Positions 1 through 12,400 of a DNA stretch of 64,000 nucleotides are shown in pieces. This stretch comes from Botryllus schlosseri. Lineage: Eukaryota. Numbering within the stretch: the stretch's first letter is position 1; each line of letters opens with the position of its first letter. The notes beneath the pieces were generated by a model. The model worked only from the letters and a program-made list of their open reading frames with translations. It made no database searches and was not told the origin of the DNA. Position numbers and translations under genes: made by a program. Location of the stretch: contig CM119386.1 of NCBI GenBank assembly GCA_051294905.1, positions 5,456,001 through 5,520,000 on the forward strand. The letters run 5' to 3'.

Positions 1-71
1 CCTGAAGGAAAAATATGAAAACAGATGAACTATGTTCAAACTTTCGTTAACTTTGATCGGACCACTCATAC

Positions 72-239
72 CTCTAGATATATATCTTTGTCAGCCAGTA
101 TGCACTTGAGGATTCGGAAATCACATCTGTAATTGCTGCGAGAACGTCGTACCGATCGTCCATTTTCATTAAGTGGAAGACCCAAGCTGCGGCGATTCAA
201 CAGGCACAATACGTTGGTCGTTGCAAATCGATCCTCCAT
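72..239 (-). CDS. First coding exon of a probable DDB1-CUL4-associated factor (H-box protein, most like DCAF17); gene continues off the left edge
   Basis: Acceptor TTTGACAG at 264-263, ATG at 239, 56 open codons MEDRFATTNVLCLLNRRSLGLPL...FRILKCILADKDIYLE, donor GAG|GTATGA at 71. A 70-nt intron ends at TTCCTTCAG at position 2. NVLCLLNRRSLG resembles the DCAF H-box (human DCAF17 NVCSRLSRRALG, from memory). A candidate upstream UTR exon ends at 370 (GTGAGT). Confidence 0.5.
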
Positions 240-663
240 CCGTTACCAAGCATGTATATTATCTGTCAAAGTGAAAAGAATGATGGTAATCACTAATCAG
301 TGATGGTACGCCAAGTAATGAAATGCTATATGTAATTTTGATGCACAGCCGTAAAACATTGGTACTCACTGAGAGGCCGAGAACGTAGGCGCTCCCATTC
401 CTAATGTCATGTGCAACGTGCAATGAAGTTGCCTAGAGCAGCCACCAACCCTAATCCACCATAAAGGCTCACAAGTATATTCAGCAACGTAATAAATTCA
501 GTATGTCGATATACTATATATATATTTTCATACGTGCAAAGAACCACGGGATGCTATCCCATAATATGGCAACTAGAGTCATACTGCAGGCAAACCGTGG
601 ATTCAGCGATACAAAAATCCAAACTCGGTCACTGTGCAAACTAAACTGCAGAGTGCTGCAAAC

Positions 664-1050
664 CAGAGATGAGCATGGATTAGGATTAGGTTTTGAAAAA
701 ACAGGATTTGTGAAATTTTGTCGGATTTGGATTGAATTTGGATTAGACATTTTTTTTAGAACGGATTAGGATTTGGATTGGATTTATCTATTTTCTGGGA
801 GATTGAAATGTCGTGTGGCGAATGGCGACAAACTTCATTCAGATCAGTTATTAATGTACTTATGGTTACTAGGTTATCTTGAATCAAGTGAATCGTTGGT
901 TGTGAAAGAAAATTTTCGAATCCCTCCATTGCATAAATTAGTTTTTTTTTCCGAATTTCCAGTTGGAATTGGATTAGGATTGGACATGGACTTGAATATG
1001 AAAAAGTTATGGATTAGGATTTGGATTTGAAGGTTCGGATTTGGATTGGA
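664..1050. mobile_element. Degenerate MITE with GGATT(A/T) subterminal arrays (family K)
   Basis: Starts CAGAGATGAGCATGGATT and has many GGATTAGGATTTGG units. A related start CAGAGATAGGCATGGATTTGG occurs at ~54064. Right end not resolved. Confidence 0.55.
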
Positions 1051-1051
1051 T

Positions 1052-1412
1052 TAGGACATCCAAGACACACACGCGATGTACAATGAGATATACAAGACAC
1101 ACACAATGCGATGAAATGAACAGACAGGGGATGCCGAACGACCAACAGCTGGGGTCTCTTGAACTGGCATCCACCTCGACCTATTGCCCGATGTCACAGT
1201 CTTCTTCGATGTTTTTCTTTCTTCGTCGGTCCTTTTTAGATTTAGAAGCTATTTCTTGCTCCTTTTGTTTCCTTTATCGGGTATTTTTCATCGCCGCAGG
1301 TACAACGACACTGGGGACGAGGAGCCTAGAATAACCTCCGACGGTGGGAATCGAACCCGGTCCGTGTGCTTGGATGGCGCCGACGCTCATCACTATGCTT
1401 ATTACGTTTGTT
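1052..1412 (-). mobile_element. tRNA-derived SINE (or tRNA pseudogene head with body and TG-rich tail)
   Basis: Minus strand has an A-box-like TAAGCATAGTGATGAGC (~1400-1384) and B-box GGTTCGATTCCC (1357-1346), followed by a body and a GTGTGTCTTG-repeat tail. No closing acceptor stem. Confidence 0.55.
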
Positions 1413-1524
1413 AGTATTTTAATAATTACGAAACACCACAAAACTGCGATAGGAAGGCGTCGAAGCGACTTGGATTAGTCTATGGAATCAGGCACCCACG
1501 CTGGCATAGGCGATGTAAAGAGGA

Positions 1525-1860
1525 GGCATGCACACTGAATCAAAAGTAAATAAGATAGTACAGAGAAAAACAAGCGCCAAGAAATGGGGTGGCGAGATCG
1601 ATAGGTCAGGTCGTGGTCTGGTAATCTTGAGGATGCACTGGTATTCATTTAGAGTGTCAGCCGAAAATATTCGGGTTCATTTCAATATGAATATACTATT
1701 TAATTGTATATTGAAGTTCTGTACCTCCAAGAAGCTCTTAGTAGTAATTGCTTGTATTTCGACTTGAATGTGGACATGCTCGTCGACTGTCGGATAGCCG
1801 GTGGGATGATGCTCCACAATTAGGGTCCGGCATACTTGATAAAGTAAAAAATGACTAATC
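1525..1860 (-). mobile_element. 3' end of an L2/CR1-group LINE, interrupted by a Penelope fragment
   Basis: Minus translation IKYAGP*LWSIIPPAIRQSTSMSTFKSKYKQLLL matches the typical C-terminus of L2/CR1-group ORF2. Paralogous to 35890-36340. Confidence 0.75.
1652..1739 (+). mobile_element. Penelope-like pLTR 3' fragment (family D) with the 3' half of the hammerhead
   Basis: GAGTGTCAGCCGAAAATATTCGGGTTCATTTCAATATGAATATACTA...GAAGCTCTT, near-identical to 11170-11258. Confidence 0.85.
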
Positions 1861-3401
1861 AAATTCTGTAAACCTTCGTGACGGACTTGAATAATTAGTG
1901 ATGGAGTGTGTGAGTCGAAATATTTTAACGGCGTTAGTTGCCATAATATATTTCGACCTTTTCGGAGTGGTCAAATAGGTTCTGTCTATTTCTAATGACG
2001 ACCGAAGCGATTAATTTCCGCTCAGCAGTTTTTGGAGGAAAATATATTTTTTAATTGTCAAGTAGAAAGTAATTTTGTGATGAATTTGTATCACTGAGGT
2101 GAATCGTCATTCGTGATGTAGCCACTATAGCAAGTAACGATAGCGACTTCGAAAATCTTAATTACGGCACGACTGGCTAACAAGTCTTATCCGTCTTCTA
2201 GTTCTATTCTTTAAAAACTACTTGGGTAGTACCAGACTTAAGGTTTATTTATTTCTACTTAAGTTGTTTTTCTGTCGTCCTGAATGTCGCTACACTTGCA
2301 ACTGACTATAACTAGCATTGAGTGATTCTACTTGGACTTCACTATCATTAATGACTACTTGCTATAACCATCTCAGTAGACACACCAATATGGAAAACGT
2401 ATTGCAAACAACACATCTTCAGAGCGCATGGACAAATCATATGCTCAGATTGCATGACTTGTTTGTTGTTAGTTTGGCATGTACTTCCGTCCTATAATAT
2501 AATAGATATCGCTCGTTCCACTTACCAGTATTTCTGGGAGGTTCACCAAAAAGTCCACGCAGCATATCGAAGAGCCCTAGTAAGTATTCCTGCACTAGTG
2601 ATATAGTACACATTTGTTCTTCTCGGTCCAGCACTGCCTTGCTCATAGTCACAGCGACATTACATCGACAACTTCCTACTCATCAGAATGAAGCCTTCCA
2701 AATACGATAGCGCAATTTCCATAACAAAACCTTTCATTACACATACATTATATTGCATTTAATCTCGGATCAACACACTGTGCTTATGAGAAGAAGCAAA
2801 ACCGGCTTCCACTAGCATAAGACACATTAATTAGTAATTACCAGTAATTCAAAGTGTGACAAGGTTAGCAGAGTAAAAATTACCGAATACATTTACCATA
2901 AACAAGGAACAAATCACATTAAAAGTAAAATCCTTCGTGCGAGCATAATAACACGAATAGCCTTCAAAAAGCTAACATTGGTTTACCAGAATTACAAAAT
3001 CTATACTGATTATTCAACATCTAAAGTGCTAAAAAGTCAACGACATCCACTACAAAAATCTACGAGTGAAAATATAGAAAATACATATCGACATCTTTAC
3101 CATGATAGTCTGATCCAGTTCGCAAGGTACGGTGAGCTTAAAAACGGCATTTTCAAAGTATCATTAACATGCGAACACCTCTAAAACAAACATCCGGGAC
3201 GGCGGGTATAGCCCGTCAAAGAAGTTCAAAGTACGGCCAGGTGCACAACACCGATATCACGGAACATAGGGTACACATTACGTGGAAACAACAAAATAAT
3301 TTCAAGTAATCAATAGGCTCTACAAGATCGGGGGTGCTGCAACTAATCCAACCATTTCATAACAAATGTTATCACGGCCAATCAAAGTTAAAAGTCATGA
3401 A

Positions 3402-3469
3402 TCAGCTATTCAAGCTTACGAAACCTATCCGATTGACCGATGAAAAATAATTTAATAAATGTCTCTCCT
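3402..3469 (-). CDS. TET: TET tentative terminal coding exon ([22 protein letters not shown])
   Basis: Acceptor GTGTTCCAG at 3471-3470, phase 1 matches donor G|GTATGT at 3544. Alternatively the protein stops at 3537 by read-through. Confidence 0.4.
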
Positions 3470-6400
3470 CTGGAACACAGTAACTCTCCATCACATATCA
3501 ATATCGCAAAACGAGCCTTCAACAAAGCACAGTGAGTCACATACCAGACGGATCCCCATACTTCAAATATGAGTTGCCTCTGTACTGTAGGTCGTGAGAC
3601 AGTCCCGGATGAGTCGTGTTCATTGGGTTCGGGTACAGTACTTGCGAATTGGTGTTATCATTCCGATTCTGCGCCATCATACTGGAAACGGCTTGCGAGT
3701 ATTGCGGCAACGGCGTTGAATTACTTCTCGAAATCACAGACTGATACCCTCGCGGTACCGGCATGCGATGGGGTAGCGATGTGTTCATCGCCGGTACTTT
3801 TCCGTTCATAATAGCTTGAGCGTCGGATTCCGACATTCCGGTGTTTGAGTGAACTCTCGGTCCCGCGATTTCGGTCGAATGCTGCGGCACGGAATATGGA
3901 TATTGAGGTAGATTGGGATGCCGTACCGCAGTAGACTGGTTGAAATACGTCGGGTTCGGTATGTAGCCGTGAACGGGCAGATCTCTGTCAGATCTGTAGT
4001 GTACCGGTGCGCCCCATCGTGCCGGGTTCATCTGCTGCGCAGCGATAGGTCCTGACAATAGCTGGTGGTGGTGCGCGAGAGAGTTTCTGTGATAATTTGA
4101 AATTATACATTTATACACTCCTGGAGGTGCAGAACTTCAATACAGTCATATTGAAACAAACCCAAATATATTCAGCTGGCACTCGTCCGCAACTAGTAGA
4201 GATTGCATGACCCATAATTTTCAAATAAATATATCAATAGCCGTATCACCAAGTGTGATGTCACCAGCATAAAAATCTTAATAATAGATTGCCTTACTAT
4301 TTTCAATGCAGCATTATCAACTCGTAGACTTTTCGTGCATCCCTTATCGAGAGTTAACAGCACAACGACAAGCATAGAAACAAATTCAAATGAAAACCAA
4401 TTATGGCGTGACGATATAATTTTGAAAATAACACTAGACGCAGTCAGCTGTCTCGGTAACTATTTGGTAGCAATAACAAAGAAAATGAGTGAGAATTAAA
4501 AATATGCAACACATGGAGAAACGTTTAACAGACGTACAGCAGGGCATATCAATGAAAAATTTTGTGTTCGTAAAGGAACTCTTCGTTGACCTGGATTACT
4601 TGAATTAACTTTACTACCACCAGTCACCTATCCTATAATATTCATATTTATTTGAAGCATAATATTTTCCCTTACCTCTCGTGAGGATATTTCATCGCCT
4701 GATCGTACCTAGCCGTGGCTAAGTCCGGGTGGGGCTGTCGCATCGATTCCAACCAGTTCATCGACACTCCGGGCTGCGTCTTGACAGATTTGTAGTTGGG
4801 AGAATCCAACGGGGTTTGTTGTGCCACGGCTGTTTCGTTTTTCTTCTCCAGCTGATAGACGAAGGGGAATAATATTTTTCGTTACGAGAGCTTCCGCACA
4901 GTATTACATAGCAATACATTCGTAGCATTGGCGGTGCCGAGTTATTCACATTCGTAGATCTTTGCCGCGTTAATCCAGATAGGAGCATTTTGAACATTGC
5001 AAGATTGCAAAGCAATATGGGTGCACCGTGGTTGAAAAATTTAAGTCGGAGGTCATAGGTAGGGCTGTGCCTGTGCAATACCAGTGTGATTCAATTATGA
5101 GTCAAGTCAAGTATTTGAGTAACAATTATTATGCAGTGCGATAACAGTAATATTGACTTTAAAAGTCATCAAGTAATGAGACTACATTTTTCTTTGATAA
5201 AATATTACCTTCTGCCTTTTCCTCTCCTCCTCCTTGGCTTCGTACTCGGCGGCGCCGTGGTTGCGACAATTCATGCTCTTGTGCTGGTAGAACACCAGGG
5301 ATATCCTCGATGGGTAAAATCGATTTGGGGAACGTAGAGCGGTGGTGGCGTGCAGCTCCTTCTTGGCGCACTCGATCAGAACCTGAAAATTAACAGTTGA
5401 AACGCGGACAAACAGGGTGAAATTTCATTTTGTGAAAATCGGAAGCTATTTCCAGAGGTAACCAGGTAAAAAGTAGGCCTAGTTTTGCTTGAAAACTGAA
5501 GTAGATGTATCCGTAGTAAAAAATCATAACTGCTAGGGCAGTAGCTCTTGAACGGGGGTCGTGATAAACGGGGTTCTCAGGGGGGAGGGGGGAGCATTAT
5601 AATCTTTTTGTTTGCGTGGATGTCATGTTTCAAAGGTTTTGTTCCTTTAATACTGATGTGAATGCAGTTCATTGCGTGAAGCAATATTTGAGTAATATAT
5701 TAGATGTGTGATGTGGTCGATTTTTTTTTTCGTGATCAGGCGGAAATTTAGGCAACAAACCTAATTTAAGCATTTTGAAAAGTAGAGTATATACTCACCG
5801 AACCGTGTCCTGGAGCGACCGCCACTCCCCCGATAAGCGGATCGTGAAAATTATCCTCGCAGTCCGAATACTGAATCGTCTCCTCGGGCAAGGACGCCTC
5901 GTGCGGCATGCCAGGCGGCGTGTTGGCATAGGACATCGGGTCGCCATACGCGCTGTGTGGCGTGGACGGCGTCGAATACCCATCCGTGCCCGAATTCATG
6001 CTATGCATCATCGCAGGATTCACAGCACCGGGCGATCTCAAACCGCCTTGGGCCATGGTTGTGCTATATGGGCTGCCGACCACGTTAGCCCTGGACGAAT
6101 GGTGAGGTGGCGTTTGATGGTTGCCTGGATAATTTTGCACGGGGCACTCCTGTTGCGGATACCCCTGTTCCTGGCCTTGGACGAAGAAGCGTTTTATAGA
6201 GGGCAGGTTGTCGTTGGGTATCAGGCCGTTGCTGGGCCCGGGCGGGCCGGCCTCTGTTATCGGAGCCATGCACTTGTGCTGTTCGGCGGCCGCGTGCCGG
6301 TGGTACATTGGCGGCTGACCGATAAATTCTTGTCTGCAAAAAACATGTATATATAGCCATAGCCCAGTTGGCGCTCCTGGGTTGAGTCGCAATTTTTTTG

Positions 6401-9400
6401 GTGACTCAACTCGACTCGGGCCATATTCTTAAATACAGATAATTACTCGACTCGACTCAATTTGTTTATTGACTCGACTTGAAATCGTGTCATTGTGTAT
6501 TTGATTGCAACTTCGAAGAATAGTAAAGTTGACGATACTGGCATTTCGTCTATCAGTAATCGTACATGAATATTAGGGCCAGAAAGTCTTAATAATGAGG
6601 AATATCAGCATATTGCGAATGCGAGGCATTGGATATCACCCAAGCAGAGTTGTAAAAATGTGGGTAGAACATTACTCGAACTCAAAACTAAACGGTGAAC
6701 GCAATGCCTTGGACTCGTGTCTTAACACTTTTCCGTGAATATGAAAATTTACTAGACGCTAGTCATTCTGTGTATTGAATCCAATTGCGCTCGAGTCATC
6801 GAGCATGACTTCAGTATGGGAGTACTTCTACTTTTCCAAGTAGGTTTGTCTACTTGCACTAAGTAAGTGGTTATAATTTTACTTCTACTTCTAATTGAAT
6901 ACCAGCGATAACTACTTTTACGACATGATTGACCGTGACCAGTAACAACGCAACTTGGTTTCAACCCTGCTCGGTACAATATTCACATCAATTCTACTCA
7001 CTGGTACGGTTGCTTCATGTAGGCAGCGTGATCCATATTGGCGTCGTTGGCTTTCTGGCACTTGCCGTTCTGCGGCGGAGTATCGTACGAGGTGGACCTC
7101 TTCGGTGGACGGCCCTTTCTCTTGAACGAGGGACTGTCGGAGGCGTTCTCTTTCTTTTTGGCCCTCGACTTTTGCTTCTTGGACAATTTTGGGGCGCTAC
7201 GCAGCCGCACCTCGTGATGATAGCGACCCAATAGCTGGAAAGACAAAGGTTTCGTTACAGGGTCCGTCATACGCTATCAAATCGCTACTCAAGTAGAAGA
7301 ATGAGAATGATTTGCTACTAGCAACCGTAATAGCACTGCTGACCACTCGACATATATCATGCGACACTTGAGCACGTGCGTTGAAGTTAGGGTTAGTTTG
7401 GGGCTTGTGAAGTCGCAGGCTCAAGTGTTACGTGCTTAACTATCGGCGTTCATTGAGTCACATGCTCAAAGGTCAGGCAACCCCTCTGATACATAGCCAC
7501 TGACGGTAGCTACTCAACACACAAGTTGCAAAAACGAATACAAAAATGCCCGTTAGAGCAGGGCATAGTATGGTATGGGACAATATTTCGGTACGGAATA
7601 TGGAAATGTTCAAGTATGGTATGGTATAGGAATATCCAATTATGATATTGATATATATTCTTCTATACTTCCATACTTTCGCAATTTTGCCAGAACCACG
7701 AAAAAATATCCCTACTTTCGATTTGTCATATCGATTGACGATTGCATACCTACAAAAATCGTTCACTGACAGGTCTCTGTTCAGATTTCAAATTTTTAGT
7801 CAGACACCGTGATCGAGATGTTTTTGAAGTAAACTAAGCGATAAGCACTCTAACGATGATGCAACCTACATCGCTGACGCAAAGAAATTGCAATGGCATT
7901 GATTATCAGGGCTTGCTAAATGGATCAGGGACCCAAAATAATTAGTATGTAAAGGCTGGACAAATTTCCACCATCAAAAATTGAGAAAGTATGGAAACTG
8001 TATCACATACGGTATGGTTAATTGTAAGTATGGCATGGAACCAGTGAGGCGGGCATAGAATATAAAAATTTTCCGTTCTATGCGATACGATGACTTGGTT
8101 AGAACAGTGGTACCGTATGTGACTAGGCGACAGGTAACAAAGAAAAAGTAATCTCCCACACCTCTATAGCTCCCGACGCCAGCTTCTTCTGCATCTTCTC
8201 CGCACCGCCATTCTCATCCGTCAAGTCCAGCACGCACAGCGGCAGCACGTGAAGCTGCTCGTCCGCGTTTCCAGTACCAGGTTGTCGCAGCTCGGGCTTC
8301 GTGAAGGTGAGCACGACGGTGGAGCCGTTGTCCATGTTGTGCTGGTCCTTGTGGGCGTGCGCGCAGAAATCGAGGCACGAGGTCACGCCGCTGAAGGGCC
8401 GCGAGTTTTTCTTCTTCTCTTCGCCGAGACGGCACTCGTAGCCTTTTTCTTCGTGCTCCACCTGAATACAGGCCGATGTTGTTACGCAAGAGGAAAGCAA
8501 ACGTGGTGAAGTATGACAGGGCCAAATTGAGTAGGCTACTACTACCATCTTGTGACGTAACAAAAATATTTCTTTTAAAATGTAATATTTAGTTGATATT
8601 ATCGGTAATCCTATAATCAGCATGTTATTATTGCATTATAATCTAGTGTTACAAACCAAGAGTCGTTTTCCACGGTACAACGCATTTGGTGCAGACTATC
8701 CCATTCGCTGTGTACATCAGTGCTTTAAAAACGGGTTTACCAGAGTTTCTTAAGATTGTACCAGTGTTGGGATGACTCGAGTCACCTTTTCGTATGACTT
8801 GACTTGAGTCACTTTGCAAAAATGACTAGACTTGACTCGGCGTATCAGAAATGTGCATTGTGCATTGACTCGTGACTCTGAGCAAAATTCACGAGTCAAT
8901 TTCAAGTCACCAAGTAATCCGTGTCAATAAAAATCACCGAATCTTGCATATGTTCAGATTGTTCGGGAAACGCTGGTGTAACCCGTGAGAGCGATGATCG
9001 TGTTTTAATTAGCCTCCATTGTTCTCTCACAAATAAATTGACCACAAGCGACGTGATCGAAGCTTACAGCATACGTTCTTGTAAACTTGTAGTAAAGTAA
9101 TGTAGAAGCAAAATATCTACTTCTGTTCTCTGTTCTTAACTTTATAAAACCTCTTGTTTTATTGAAATTGAATATAGTATAAGTACTAATCAACCATTGG
9201 CGCAGGCTCGAATTGAATGATATGAATATATAAGTGGATAATGTATTGCATCTTATCACTTCGTTTCTCTATTTTCTATTCTCTATCTTGGCTGGTAACT
9301 ACAAATAGAGGCTATGCAACTGCTTATGTAGTTTAACACTCGACCACTCAAAATGTATTTCAGACAGCTAGCAAATGTAATGACGTAATCATGCCTCGTA

Positions 9401-12400
9401 CTTCGATATGGGCAACTTGACTTGAATTGTGACCTGACTTGACTCAAGCACCTTCCAAAATCGATTGACTTGACTTCACTCGAGTCAAAATGTGCAATGA
9501 CTCGAAATGACTTGTGACTCGAAGGTAGCGGCTTGACCCTAACACTGGAGTGTACGACTGTTATAGGTTGTACAGGGGTATATCCGACTCGGACTAGGAC
9601 TCAAGGCAAATTGCAACTGATAATGAGGCCATGTGATGACCGTCTTTGTATTTTTTTAGTCATCATATCAGTGATGGCGAGATTAAGGCGAGAGTGATAA
9701 CCTTTTTTTCAGTCAACAACTTTCTACACATTACTCCTGGACCAGAGGGTATACCTTTTGTGTAAAGGTCAAAAGCGTGTACCATTCCGAAAAGGTTCAA
9801 GAGCACAGGAGTAGACTACAAGCTGACACTACGAGTAGGCCTACCAAGACAAACGGTTACCTGATTATTGAACGCGTCCGGGGCCGCCATCTCATACAGC
9901 GGCGACATGGCAGTGGCCAGTTTCTCGCAGATCAGCCCGACAAACTTCTCGGCCTCTGGGTCCTTCGTGCCGACCAGCTTGTACTTGTTGGGGTTGTGGG
10001 ACCGCGCGTACTTGCAACCGTTGTAGTACATCGACCACGAGCAACCGAACGAGAACGAGGCGCCGCACGTCGACTCGTCAAATCCTTGGCAAGCGCAGGT
10101 TCTCCTGGTTTGAAAATAATGCCGTGTCGTCAAGTTTGACACCACGTCTATGGCAGGGCGCAATGACGTGAGCTGAATAGTGAAATAGGACTTTTTCGAG
10201 CATTGAAATTACACACTAATTGGGAATTATAGTTTGGATTGGTCGCATCACAGCATACGAAACATGTACTGTAGTACGAAGCAAGGTTGTAATGACTCGA
10301 CTCGAGTCGCGATCTTTTGGTGACCTGACTTGACTCGAGTCATTTTTCAAAATGCGTAAAATGACTAGTCTCGAGTCATTGTGCATGGCTTGAACGAAGT
10401 CATATGACTCGAGACTAGGACTGGCAAGACAGACATTTCATTATAACTTCAAAGAATAGTGAAGTTACCACAAAATTGGTATTTCGTCTATCAAGCCTGA
10501 TGCTTGCAAAATGGGACAGTAATTGTTAAAAGTAAGGAAAAAAACGTTATTATGAATCGAATAGTTTATTCATATTGAAATGAACCCGAATGTTTTCTGT
10601 TGACGCTCGTCAGGGGTAATCGTCAGCCACTAGTTGAGAATTGGAAAGAACATCGTATATCAACAATCGTATCCCGAAATGTGACGTCACCAGCATGAAA
10701 TTTCGAATGAGAGAACGTTCAATTCACTATTTTTAGGTGGTACACAAACTCTTTTTGTTGACAGAGTTTTGGTTGGAGTATTTTGATAAAAGTGAACGAA
10801 TGAAAGTGTGAACGGCCCCTCCCGACGACGCGAAATCCGTCGTCTCGATAATTATTCGCACAAATCGGATTATCCAACAGATGTTTGCCGATTGCAGAAT
10901 TATTGGCCTTTGATCGCTCAGCATCAAGCTTGAGCGGATGAGTTAAGTAAGGGTGAGCTTTTCACCGAGCGTGATGCACGTGTTCTGATAAATCTTAGGA
11001 CATGCTGGTTTATGCGCTACTGCAAACGCTGTGACGTTCTTCCCACGCGGCCACAGTGGCACTTATCTCATTCGAAATTTCATGCTGGTGACGTGATATT
11101 TTGTGCTATGATTGTTGATATACAATGTTCTTTCCAATTCTCTACTAGGTGCTAACGATTACCCCTGATGAGTGTCAGCCGAAAATATTCGGATTCATTT
11201 CAATATGAATATACTATTCAATTGTATATTGAAGTTCTATAACTCCAAGAAGCTCTTCAGATATTATGAATGCAAGCCATTCTACATCACTTGGTCAGAG
11301 TTGAAAAAAGTGGGTTGAAATGGGACTCCGACTGCCAGTCTTACTTACCCATGATTTACGAACAAGAGTGACCCCTGGATTTGATTAATATTGATTCTAA
11401 GATTTTGGCCAAAGTTGGATCAGATATAGAGTTATGATTATGTTTAAGCTAAATTAGGATTCGGCATTGAAATTACTAATTGTTTCCAATTTACATGCGA
11501 CTTTTGAATAAACTTCCGCCAATGCAAGGGTTGGACTAAGAGGCAGACATGATACCTAATTAATTACCGTATGCGTTTAGAATCAGATATGAATGCAAAA
11601 CCAGATCTATAGATTTATGATTACTTGAAAGCAGTGTCGGGACTTTTTCAACTTTTTCTTATGACTGGACTTGACTCGAGTAACTTTGCAAAAATGACTG
11701 GACTTGGCACTTCAAAATTGTGGATTGACTCGTGACTCGGAGCAAAATTTACGAGTCAATTTCATAAGCAAATGGTGTCGACTGAATCGCTGTGTAAGTG
11801 TACAAATTCATATGTATAAATATTATATATCATATATTTTGGCTGATAATAACAGATTGTAGCATGTAACCATACAGTTACTCACATATTTTATTATCAT
11901 TTCTATGTGTGTGTGTGCGATACAACGCCTTGAGCACGTACATTTAACTTTATATTAGTTATTTGTTTCAAGATAAATTGATAATTAATCTGTATTTCAC
12001 ACAGCTGGGAAAGTGTTATGACTTTTAATCATCACTCATACTTTGAAAATTCAATTTGACTTGAATTGTGACTTGACTCGAGTCACCTCCAAAAATCGAG
12101 TGACTTGACTTGACTCAAGTCACCTTCGAAAATCGATTGACTTGACTTTGACTCGAGTCAAAATCTGCAATGACTCGAGATGACTCGTGACTTGAAGGCA
12201 GTGACTTGATCCCCATCACTGCTTGAAAGTCGGATTTGGATTTGAACAGAAATTTCCGTATTTCTGAACTGAACCATTTTCTAATTTCACTAGATTTTTG
12301 AACAAATTTCAGCCAAAAATCTCACTCTTCATTGGTGGCGCATCTTCTCTCCGTGGGCTCCCCGTGCTTTGGGACGTAATTCGCAAAATTCGCGTAGGCA

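Larger units (their letters stand above)
10558..11261 (-). mobile_element. Truncated Penelope-like retroelement: GIY-YIG 3' fragment between inverted pLTR arms, each with a hammerhead motif
   Basis: Minus translation of 11055-10719: [20 protein letters not shown]...[33 protein letters not shown]...[22 protein letters not shown]. Arms 10558-10712 and 11063-11261 are inverted. TSD TATTATGAAT at 10548-10557 and 11262-11271. Confidence 0.9.
10283..11335. mobile_element. hAT-type MITE family B copy interrupted by a Penelope-like element
   Basis: Starts CAAGGTTGTAATGACTCGAC; body matches 13860-14208 in reverse and resumes after 11271. Confidence 0.65.

Noticed and set aside
1330-1410. Functional tRNA gene
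   Set aside because: A and B boxes are present but no acceptor stem or anticodon arm closes, and it continues into a body and repeat tail; treated as a SINE head. The same applies to 22590-22666.
240-3400. TET and the downstream gene as an ascidian-style operon
   Set aside because: They are separated by about 3 kb of repeats, and the downstream gene has its own candidate cis-spliced first exon ending at 370.
5775-6356. 193-aa plus-strand ORF and other antisense ORFs over TET, PKN and DUF4647-like exons
   Set aside because: These are shadows of GC-rich coding exons on the opposite strand, with no splice context or recognisable motifs.
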